In this document: positions 38,119-45,877 of the stretch, in pieces
How positions within the stretch are numbered: the first letter of the stretch is position 1
How the letters are laid out: the number at the start of each line of letters is the position of its first letter
Assembly: GCA_045589955.1 (NCBI GenBank)
Contig: JAZNQD010000009.1
Span: 184,876 to 248,875 of the forward strand
Reading direction: 5' to 3'
From: Bacilli bacterium
GTDB taxonomy: Bacteria; Bacillota_I; Bacilli_A; ML615J-28; CAG-313
DNA: 64,000 bases
Notes under the pieces: generated by a model
Told to the model about the DNA's origin: nothing
The model's database searches: none
Seen by the model: only the letters and a program-made list of their open reading frames with translations
Position numbers and translations under genes: made by a program

Positions 38119-38739
38119 ATGTCTAAAGATTGGACTGGAAATACATCTATATATGCATGTAATCATCGTACAAAAGAATCTGAAGTAGCTGAAAATGATT
38201 TTTACGCGACTCACCCCGAATCAACACAATTATTTCTTAAAAAATGTAAAGAAAGAAATTTTGAATTACCGAAAAAAATTTGGGAATGTGCAGTGGGACA
38301 AGGACATATTGCTAAAGAATTGACAGCAATTGGACATGATGTATTAGGTACCGATTTAGTAGACAGAGGTTATGGTGAAGGTGGTGTAGATTTTTTAAGT
38401 CTTACAAAAGATACTTTACCAGAAACTTATAAGCCTTATCTAAAATGTATATTTACAAATCCTCCTTATGCTAATGCTAAAATTTTTGTAGAGAAAGCTT
38501 TAGAATTGTTGGATTCTGATGGTATTTGTATTATGTTTTTGAAAACTACTTTTTTAGAAACAAAAGGCCGTTTAGATTTATTCAAAAATAGAAAACTTAA
38601 ATATGTTTGGCAATATGTAAATAGACAAGGCTGTGGAAAAAACGGTGGCACTTTTAAAAATGGAGGAGCTGCTGCCTATGCTATGTTTATATGGGACAAT
38701 TCTTATAATGGTTTGCCAGAAATAGATTGGATAGAATAA
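38119..38739 (+). CDS. DNA amino-methyltransferase (N6-A or N4-C)
   Basis: IWECAVGQGHI (SAM-binding motif I) and FTNPPY (motif IV). Confidence 0.85.
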   Translation: MSKDWTGNTSIYACNHRTKESEVAENDFYATHPESTQLFLKKCKERNFELPKKIWECAVGQGHIAKELTAIGHDVLGTDLVDRGYGEGGVDFLSLTKDTLPETYKPYLKCIFTNPPYANAKIFVEKALELLDSDGICIMFLKTTFLETKGRLDLFKNRKLKYVWQYVNRQGCGKNGGTFKNGGAAAYAMFIWDNSYNGLPEIDWIE

Positions 38740-38755
38740 ATAGAAAAAATAATTT

Positions 38756-38783
38756 AGTAGAATAGATATTATCGGCTATTCTA
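38756..38783 (+). promoter_or_regulatory. AGTAGAA-N-ATTCTA dyad upstream of dut
   Basis: TAGAA-N16-TTCTA. Confidence 0.55.
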
Positions 38784-38819
38784 TAAGTAGTATGTAATAA
38801 AAAGAGAGGAAATATTAAA

Positions 38820-39329
38820 ATGCAATATACTAAAACACGTGATGTAAAAGATATTACTGGCAATAGAGATGAAGATGCTGGTTTTGACTTTTTTGTTCCT
38901 AATGATTGGAATGAAGGCAAACCATATTATCTTCGTTTGGGTGAGCAAGTTAATATTCCATCAGGTATTAAAATTAAATTAAAAAATACCCAGATGATGA
39001 AAATGGATAACAAATCAGGTGTATCTTTGAAAAAAGGTACTGTATATGGTGCAACTATTATCGATGCAGGTTATAGAGGCGAAATTCACATTAATTTATT
39101 TAAGGTGGTTTGTGGCAAAGAAGATATTCGTATTCGTCGTCGTGGATTTCTTGGTTTACTCGGATTTAAAGAATGGGCAGCTGTAATTAACCCTGGTGAA
39201 AAGATCATTCAAGGTATTATTCACACTATTTCAAATGAGCAAGCACAATTCGTATCTGAAAAAGATTATGAAAAAGGTCCAAAAACAAAAAGACAAGCTG
39301 GTGCATTTGGAAGTACAGGTACTAAATAA
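38820..39329 (+). CDS. dut: Trimeric dUTPase
   Basis: DAGFD, NKSG, IDAGYRGEI, RQAGAFGSTG. Confidence 0.85.
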   Translation: MQYTKTRDVKDITGNRDEDAGFDFFVPNDWNEGKPYYLRLGEQVNIPSGIKIKLKNTQMMKMDNKSGVSLKKGTVYGATIIDAGYRGEIHINLFKVVCGKEDIRIRRRGFLGLLGFKEWAAVINPGEKIIQGIIHTISNEQAQFVSEKDYEKGPKTKRQAGAFGSTGTK

Positions 39330-39340
39330 TATATGAGTGT

Positions 39341-39377
39341 AAGGTCACATCGTCTTATGCTTTGTGACCTTTTCTTT
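39341..39377 (+). terminator. Probable terminator after dut
   Basis: AAGGTCACA/TGTGACCTT stem plus T-run. Confidence 0.5.
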
Positions 39378-39388
39378 GATTTTTTACA

Positions 39389-39769
39389 ATGGGGATTAAA
39401 ATGGCTACTAGAAAAAAAGAATATAAGGAAGTTGTTGGTAAAAAAGATTTATCTGTAGGTATGAAGTGGGACACGGGTAAATTAGATTATTCATTGTTGC
39501 CTTGGGAAGTAATTGAAGCGGCGGTAAAACGTTTTACTGTGGGTAGTGCTAAATATGGTCCAAACAATTGGCAAAAATTGGATAATGCACAAGCTCGTTA
39601 TGAAGCAGCGATGTTAAGACATTGGGTAGAGTATAAGAAAGGTAATCGTTGGGATGAAGATCCTAATTTTGAAAATACACCTTCTACTCACTTACAAGCA
39701 GCTTTATGGAATATGATGTGTTTAGTTTGGTTTGAATTACAAGATATTGAAAAAGAAAAACCAGAATAA
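39389..39769 (+). CDS. DUF5664-like dNTP diphosphohydrolase (all-alpha NTP-PPase)
   Basis: KWDTGKLDYSLLP...GSAKYGPNNW...AAMLRH...HLQAALWN. Confidence 0.8.
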   Translation: MGIKMATRKKEYKEVVGKKDLSVGMKWDTGKLDYSLLPWEVIEAAVKRFTVGSAKYGPNNWQKLDNAQARYEAAMLRHWVEYKKGNRWDEDPNFENTPSTHLQAALWNMMCLVWFELQDIEKEKPE

Positions 39770-39846
39770 ATAAATATTGTTTTACTTTTTTACCTTTGTA
39801 CAATATATATTATATAGTTATGTATAATTGAAGGTATTGTATAACC

Positions 39847-40512
39847 ATGATAAAAAGCCAAGAAGCATTTGAACAACATATTGATTTTAGTGGATTGCTT
39901 GAATTTTGTAAAAGTGGAACAGATGTAGATTCATTGTTGCATTTACATAATTCATTACAAGTTTCTATTGAAGTTAAAAAAGATACACCAAATCATGTTT
40001 TTGAAGTAATCCATTTTACTAGACAATGGTTAGATTTAGAAACTTGGGTAGGTGCTGATCCAAATCGTATTTTAATATATGCCACACATAATCAACAAAT
40101 CGATAGAAATGTAAATATTCGTGCTTCAGAGTGTATCGTGAGAAGAGTACAAAGAGCCGGTTTTGCTATGCCTGAATTTAATGGTAAAAGATTATACGAT
40201 GTCATTCAAGATTTAAGCAAACTAGAATCATTATATAAGTACAGAGTAGAAGTAGTATATCCTAATTTAAATAAATGTTTCTGTGTTGTAAAAAATTGGC
40301 ATGTTTGTGGTAAATGGGTAATCGACACATACAATCCAACGTATCAAGATATAGAGACATTGCGTGAAGCTGAAGATTACATTTTAGAAAGATGGAATGG
40401 AAAGGCTAATGGTGAGTATATAAATCGGAGTAATCGATATATCATTTCACGTAAACTAAAAGGTAGTGAAAATTCCAAGTGGGAAGTCGTAAAACAAATG
40501 ACTTGGGCATAA
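39847..40512 (+). CDS. Hypothetical protein, PD-(D/E)xK-like N-terminal domain
   Basis: IDFSGL...TDVD...SIEVK. Confidence 0.35.
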   Translation: MIKSQEAFEQHIDFSGLLEFCKSGTDVDSLLHLHNSLQVSIEVKKDTPNHVFEVIHFTRQWLDLETWVGADPNRILIYATHNQQIDRNVNIRASECIVRRVQRAGFAMPEFNGKRLYDVIQDLSKLESLYKYRVEVVYPNLNKCFCVVKNWHVCGKWVIDTYNPTYQDIETLREAEDYILERWNGKANGEYINRSNRYIISRKLKGSENSKWEVVKQMTWA

Positions 40513-40534
40513 AATTATATAAAGGAAAAAATAT

Positions 40535-41410
40535 ATGAATACATATGACAATCAATATTTAGATTTAGTTGAAGATATTTTAAATAATGGCGAAGTAAAT
40601 CCTTGCAGAACAGGTAATAATACATTAGTTAAATTAAATCGTGTTTTAACACATGACCTAGCAGAAGGTTTTCCTATTTTAACTTTTAGACCACTTCCAT
40701 TTAAAGGCTGTAGAGTTGAATTGGAATGCTTTTTAATGGGTAATACTGATAAAAAATATTATCAAGATAGAGGTTGTCAATATTGGAATTCTTGGGCTAA
40801 TCCAAAAATAGCCGATCCAAAAGATAAAGAAGCTCAGCTTAAGGAACGTGATTTGGGTCCAATTTATGGTTATCAATGGGTTGCGTTTAATGCTCCATAT
40901 GAGAGATATGATGTAGATAATAAACATTTGGGTATTAATCAAATTAAACGTGTTGTTGATACTTTAAAAGTAAATCCATACGATAGAAGATTAATTGTAA
41001 ATGCTTGGAATCCATCTCAAGAAGATCAAATGGCTTTACCGCCTTGTGTATATGTATTTCAATTTAATTATGTAGGCGGACGTTTACATATCACTGTAAA
41101 TCAACGTTCTTGTGATTTAATTTTAGGTGTACCTACTGATTTTCAATTTTATAGTTTATTGTTACATTTAATGGCTCAAACTGTTGGTATGGTACCCGGT
41201 ACAGTTACTTTAAATCTTTGTAATTGTCATATTTATGATAATCACGTTGAATTGGTAAAAGATAACTTAATGAAATGGAGAAAAGAACAGTTTGATTTAC
41301 CAAATTTGATTTTAGAGCCTGAAGCTAATGTATTTAATTTTAGATATGAAATGGCAAAATTAGATAACTATCAGCATGGTGATAAAGTAACTTTTCCAAT
41401 TGCGGTATAA
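40535..41410 (+). CDS. thyA: Thymidylate synthase-family enzyme with a dCMP-type specificity residue
   Basis: RTG, EL, DRRLIVNAWN, LPPC, QRSCD, HIY and C-terminal IAV; but GVPTD replaces GxPFN and PCV replaces PCH. Confidence 0.85.
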   Translation: MNTYDNQYLDLVEDILNNGEVNPCRTGNNTLVKLNRVLTHDLAEGFPILTFRPLPFKGCRVELECFLMGNTDKKYYQDRGCQYWNSWANPKIADPKDKEAQLKERDLGPIYGYQWVAFNAPYERYDVDNKHLGINQIKRVVDTLKVNPYDRRLIVNAWNPSQEDQMALPPCVYVFQFNYVGGRLHITVNQRSCDLILGVPTDFQFYSLLLHLMAQTVGMVPGTVTLNLCNCHIYDNHVELVKDNLMKWRKEQFDLPNLILEPEANVFNFRYEMAKLDNYQHGDKVTFPIAV

Positions 41411-41423
41411 GGAGTAAATTTTA

Positions 41424-42128
41424 ATGGAAATAACCACTTTTGATTGTGTTCGCTGGTTTAGAAAAAGTATGCCTTATGAGCAAGTGGAACTTTTTAAATG
41501 TAGACCTTTAAGAATAAGACCTGAAAATCAAATATATAAGTGTACTAAAGGTTATAACGTTAAATTAGATGAAGCAGATGCAAAAAAGATTTTAGCTTCA
41601 GAATCAGATAATCAAAGTAGAGAAATTAATTGTGAATCAAAACCTGTTGCATTACTTTCGGTATATTCTGTTGCTCGATTCTTACAGTCAAGTTTAAATA
41701 AAAAATTGACACCATATGATACAAAGGAATCTTTTGTGATTGTTTGTCGAGATGGTGAATGGTGTAATTATAACGAAATTAAATTTGTTTCAATTGAAGA
41801 CTCAGAATTAATTACAGATGATTCCGCCGCTGATAAAAAGGCAAAAGAAAAAGTAAAAATACAACACAGTACAGCTCTAATGTTAAAATCCATTCTTGGT
41901 CCATTAGTAGATGGCTTATGTGAAAAATATGGTTTAGTTCGTAAAGATGAATCTATTTATTTCAGAGATTCCAAAGCAATAAAAGCTGCTCTTCAAAGTT
42001 ATTTAGATAATACTATTATAACGGATCTGAAAGAAAATGGCTTTACAATAAAGCTTAATAATAGGTATCAAAAGATTGATAAATATACTAGACTGTTTGA
42101 TATCATTGATGTAATTCCAGAGGAGTAA
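41424..42128 (+). CDS. Hypothetical protein
   Basis: ORF with GGAG RBS. Confidence 0.55.
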   Translation: MEITTFDCVRWFRKSMPYEQVELFKCRPLRIRPENQIYKCTKGYNVKLDEADAKKILASESDNQSREINCESKPVALLSVYSVARFLQSSLNKKLTPYDTKESFVIVCRDGEWCNYNEIKFVSIEDSELITDDSAADKKAKEKVKIQHSTALMLKSILGPLVDGLCEKYGLVRKDESIYFRDSKAIKAALQSYLDNTIITDLKENGFTIKLNNRYQKIDKYTRLFDIIDVIPEE

Positions 42129-42133
42129 ATTTA

Positions 42134-42484
42134 ATGGTTAAAGTAGCTATTGTTGGTATAAATTCATTTACTGACTATGAAAAACTAAAAGAGACTGTGA
42201 CCACGTATACTAAGTCTTTTTCGAATATTACTTTTATTGCGGGTTGTGAACATAAATTTAGTGCTTTGGTCGAGAAATTAGCAAAAGAGCTTATGCACCC
42301 AGTGGTAATTTATAAAGCAGATACAAACCGTAATGGTAAAATGGCTAAGTTTATACGTAATCAAACAATAATTGATAATTCTGAAGTATCATTAATTTTT
42401 AGTAATAAAAAATCAAAAGATATTTTAGATTATACATTACGAGCAAATCAACAATATAAGAAGTATGAGGTATTTGAAGTATAA
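42134..42484 (+). CDS. SLOG-family (YspA/DUF2493-like) protein
   Basis: VAIVG..SFTDYE.L...ADTNRNGKMAKFIRNQTIID. Confidence 0.65.
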   Translation: MVKVAIVGINSFTDYEKLKETVTTYTKSFSNITFIAGCEHKFSALVEKLAKELMHPVVIYKADTNRNGKMAKFIRNQTIIDNSEVSLIFSNKKSKDILDYTLRANQQYKKYEVFEV

Positions 42485-42691
42485 ATGTTAAAATTTGGAA
42501 CTAGATATAAAGATGGTATTATTGCAAACGTTGGTGAGTATGAGTATGTAGAAGAAAATTCTGTACCTAGTCATAATACTAAAATAAAACATCGTAAAAC
42601 TAGAAAAGAATATGTAATGAAAGAAAATTGCTCTAAAGAAAGAGAATTATATATTATAAAGAATGGAATAAAAAATTATTTGGTGTGGTAA
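42485..42691 (+). CDS. Hypothetical protein
   Basis: Short coupled ORF. Confidence 0.45.
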   Translation: MLKFGTRYKDGIIANVGEYEYVEENSVPSHNTKIKHRKTRKEYVMKENCSKERELYIIKNGIKNYLVW

Positions 42692-43269
42692 TGAAAATTT
42701 GGTTTACATCGGACTTACATTTTGGACATAAAAACTTATTACGCTTAGGCAAAGGACGTCCATTTGAAACTATTGAAGAACATGATCAAGCTTTAATAGA
42801 CAATTGGAATAAACGTGTTGCTAAAGGTGATGTTGTATATGTTTTGGGTGATGTTTCTTTACGCGGAGATATTGATTTCTTACGTGAACGTTTATCTAAA
42901 CTTAACGGAGCTAAACATTTAATCATTGGTAATCATGATAGAGCCAAAGAACACACTTGCTTATTGAATGAAAATATTTGGCAATCAATGCGTCCTTACC
43001 TCAGACTAAAAGCACAATTAGCAACTGGTGAAAAGGTTGTATGTATTTTATCTCACTATCCTATTTTAGAATTTGATGGTGCTTATCGCTCATACGTTCT
43101 ACATCTATATGGGCATATTCATGATATTGTTAGTTATGATGATATCTACAAAAAATTAGGTTTTAGAGCTATTCACGTTGGTGTAGATACAAATAATTTT
43201 ATGCCAATTAGTTTAGATGAAGCCTGGAATAAAAGTAATATATTGTTGGAGAAACTTGATGAAAACTAA
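42685..43269 (+). CDS. Calcineurin-like metallophosphoesterase
   Basis: SDLHFGH, GD, GNHD, HYP, GHIH. Confidence 0.9.
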   Translation: MVMKIWFTSDLHFGHKNLLRLGKGRPFETIEEHDQALIDNWNKRVAKGDVVYVLGDVSLRGDIDFLRERLSKLNGAKHLIIGNHDRAKEHTCLLNENIWQSMRPYLRLKAQLATGEKVVCILSHYPILEFDGAYRSYVLHLYGHIHDIVSYDDIYKKLGFRAIHVGVDTNNFMPISLDEAWNKSNILLEKLDEN

Positions 43270-43453
43270 AATAATTCCTAATCCAGATAAAGCAAAATAT
43301 GATGAAATGACACAGGCTTGTAAAGATAATGACAATTATTGTCCTTGCCTTTTGGAAAAAACCCCGGACACAAAATGTATGTGTAAGGCATTCCGTGAGC
43401 AAGAAGAAGGTTTGTGCCATTGTCAGCGTTTTTTAAAGATTAAAGTTGATTAG
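43259..43453 (+). CDS. Ferredoxin-thioredoxin reductase catalytic-chain-like protein
   Basis: CPC...CMC...CHC cysteine pattern; start corrected to ATG 43259 after GGAG. Confidence 0.75.
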   Translation: MKTKIIPNPDKAKYDEMTQACKDNDNYCPCLLEKTPDTKCMCKAFREQEEGLCHCQRFLKIKVD

Positions 43454-43478
43454 AATAAAAACATTAAAAGTATATTTG

Positions 43479-43508
43479 GCCTAGTATAAGTAATTATATT
43501 AGGCTTTT
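43479..43508 (+). terminator. Intrinsic terminator
   Basis: GCCTAGTATAA-GTAA-TTATATTAGGC plus T-run. Confidence 0.6.
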
Positions 43509-43534
43509 ATTTTGTATTATATGAAATAATTTGC

Positions 43535-43563
43535 TTTACTTTGTTTATAGTTTATATTATAAT
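43535..43563 (+). promoter_or_regulatory. Sigma70-like promoter TTTACT-N17-TATAAT
   Basis: Perfect -10 and 17-bp spacer. Confidence 0.7.
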
Positions 43564-43596
43564 AATATTAAATAAGGTAAAAGAAAGGATAACGTT

Positions 43597-43830
43597 ATGT
43601 CAAAACCACGTTCAGCAGATAGTATGTTGACGAAAATTGAGAATATGCAAGTTGGAGATGAAATTTTTACAGATAAATCAAATGGATATATATCTGATAA
43701 TTTGAATACTATTAAAAAGAAATTTCCAGAGCGCAAATATACTCAATTAAGTATTTATACACACGAAGGACCTACTTATACATCGTTAAAAGATTTTAAG
43801 AAGGTAATTTGTATTACAAGGTTAGCATAA
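43597..43830 (+). CDS. Hypothetical protein
   Basis: ORF with AGGA RBS. Confidence 0.5.
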   Translation: MSKPRSADSMLTKIENMQVGDEIFTDKSNGYISDNLNTIKKKFPERKYTQLSIYTHEGPTYTSLKDFKKVICITRLA

Positions 43831-44100
43831 ATGATTACAATTTATATAGATGGTTTTTCCATAGATGAAACGTCATTATTATTTGGCAAGCTAGATACTC
43901 TTACAGAAACTAAAAATATATGTAAAGCTAATTGGCCAGATAATACTTCAATAACCTTAACTGTTGGCGACTTGTTATTAAAACAACCTCTTTTACGAAA
44001 CTACTTTTCTAGTGAGAATCGGTTAACATTTGATTCAGTCATGTCATTGCTTCCAAAGATTTTACCGTTAAATGCTAAAATTGAATTAGATTGGAGTTAA
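43831..44100 (+). CDS. Hypothetical protein
   Basis: Abutting ORF. Confidence 0.45.
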   Translation: MITIYIDGFSIDETSLLFGKLDTLTETKNICKANWPDNTSITLTVGDLLLKQPLLRNYFSSENRLTFDSVMSLLPKILPLNAKIELDWS

Positions 44101-44178
44101 AACTTATAAAATTATATACAAAGTTCTAATAGTGTATACATGCTAATGATTTTGTATAATTAACTTATAGGTTTAACA

Positions 44179-45159
44179 ATGAAATACGCATTTATGATTG
44201 CAATCGCATTTTGTCTTGCGATTATATCTTCTATTATGACAGCATTGGGTATGACAGAACTATTTGCTGCAGCTGGAACCTTTATATTAGTTTTATTTGT
44301 TTTGATTGACTTGGGTAGATTTTTACTATTCAATTTTGTTGTTGATGAGTGGCATAATCTACGTAAAGTTAAGTATTTGATTGTGGTAATTCTAACTTTA
44401 CTTTTTGTGTACTCTGCAGTAGGTATTTTTGCCAAATTAGATTCTTTAGTGTCTCTCGAAACAAAATCTGCTATGATAAACGCCGCTGCATATAATAAAG
44501 CTGTAGAAAATGCTGAAGTTACCCAGAATAGATCTGAGGATTTAGCTGTCATTGCTCGAACAGAGTATAAAAATGCTTTAGAATGGAATGCTCTCGATTA
44601 TAATAACTGTATAAGTCGTGCCGCTGGTGATATCAATAAAGAAAATAAATGTAATAATACAAAGCGTAGATTAGATAAGACAGCTTTAGCCAATTTACAA
44701 ACTGCTTTGAAAAGTGCAGATAGTAATTTAAAAACGACTGAAGAAACTACAAAGATTAATTCTCAAAATCAGAGTGAAATAGCTAGTATCTTAACAACCA
44801 TTTGTAAATTAACGCAAAAAGATTGTACAACATATGATAGTTTGCAAAATTCAATAAGTATTTTAATATTTTTAGTTATTATTGGAACCGACTATTTACA
44901 AATTGCAATTATCTTAGCCGTAAATACTAGAAAGAATAAACTTAAAGTTGAAGATCGCAAAAAAGTTAATTTTAAACAGTTAAAAGTTACGCACAGCGAG
45001 GAAGAGCCTACTAAAAAAATTGAAAAAAATGTAGAAAATTTTTTAGAAGTAGAAAAAACGAGTAAAAGCGTTGAAATACCTAGAAAAACCCACAGTGGAG
45101 GCAGTTTTGGTCCAAAACCACGCCCTTCAACGCCTCAAAATGGAGAAATAAAGAAGTAA
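44179..45159 (+). CDS. Membrane-anchored coiled-coil protein
   Basis: Three N-terminal hydrophobic segments, a long helical region, one further TM segment and a charged tail. Confidence 0.55.
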   Translation: MKYAFMIAIAFCLAIISSIMTALGMTELFAAAGTFILVLFVLIDLGRFLLFNFVVDEWHNLRKVKYLIVVILTLLFVYSAVGIFAKLDSLVSLETKSAMINAAAYNKAVENAEVTQNRSEDLAVIARTEYKNALEWNALDYNNCISRAAGDINKENKCNNTKRRLDKTALANLQTALKSADSNLKTTEETTKINSQNQSEIASILTTICKLTQKDCTTYDSLQNSISILIFLVIIGTDYLQIAIILAVNTRKNKLKVEDRKKVNFKQLKVTHSEEEPTKKIEKNVENFLEVEKTSKSVEIPRKTHSGGSFGPKPRPSTPQNGEIKK

Positions 45160-45209
45160 TTGAAATATATGGATAATTTATAAAATCTGTTTTTCAAGAG
45201 CAAAATTTT

Positions 45210-45265
45210 AGCCTATAAGTATACTCAAAGGAATTAATTTTTGGGAAATATTTATAGGCTTTTTT
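45210..45265 (+). terminator. Long hairpin/terminator
   Basis: AGCCTATAAGTAT...ATATTTATAGGCT plus T-run. Confidence 0.5.
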
Positions 45266-45359
45266 ATACGTAAGTGTCCGTTCTATAATATACATTTCGA
45301 ATACTAAAAGCCTTGATTTCCTAGGCTATTCCTAATAAACAGTTTATAAAGGAGCGAAT

Positions 45360-45872
45360 ATGTATACTGTGCCATTAGAGGAATCTTGGCTTGATTATCC
45401 TTCACCAGATGGAAATGCTGTAGCAGTCATTTTAACAGGCTGTGAGCATCATTGTGTTGGCTGTCATAGTGTAGGTCTACAAAAAGTAAAAACCTATGCT
45501 GAGGAGCCAAAAAAACTAACTTTACGAATTAAAGAATTTTGTAAACGTGCATGCACTAATAAAATAGTTTTACTTGGTGGAGATCCGCTTTTATGCTCTA
45601 ATCTAGGTATTACCCGTTATCTTGTTGATAATTTGTCAAGTGAATATGATATTTGTATTTATACTGGTTATGATATCGAGTATGTTAAAAAATTACAAAT
45701 TACCGGTGTAAAATACTTTAAATGTGGTAAATATTTAAAAGAATTTAGTAGAGATTCACAAAAGACAGATTCAAGCTTTATATTAGCGAGTTCAAATCAA
45801 GATTTTTATGATGGTAACTATAATAAATTATCTAACAATGGAATATTAAATTTTAAAAATAGCGAGGAATAG
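45360..45872 (+). CDS. nrdG: Anaerobic RNR activating radical SAM protein
   Basis: GCEHHCVGCHS (CxxxCxxC), GGDP; adjacent to nrdD. Confidence 0.88.
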   Translation: MYTVPLEESWLDYPSPDGNAVAVILTGCEHHCVGCHSVGLQKVKTYAEEPKKLTLRIKEFCKRACTNKIVLLGGDPLLCSNLGITRYLVDNLSSEYDICIYTGYDIEYVKKLQITGVKYFKCGKYLKEFSRDSQKTDSSFILASSNQDFYDGNYNKLSNNGILNFKNSEE

Positions 45873-45877
45873 TAACA

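Noticed and set aside
39389-39769. DUF5664 as evidence of a 2-aminoadenine (Z) or 7-deazaguanine genome
   Set aside because: No PurZ, DatZ, Que/Fol or DpdA genes are in the window; the local evidence (the ThyA Asp variant) points to cytosine instead.
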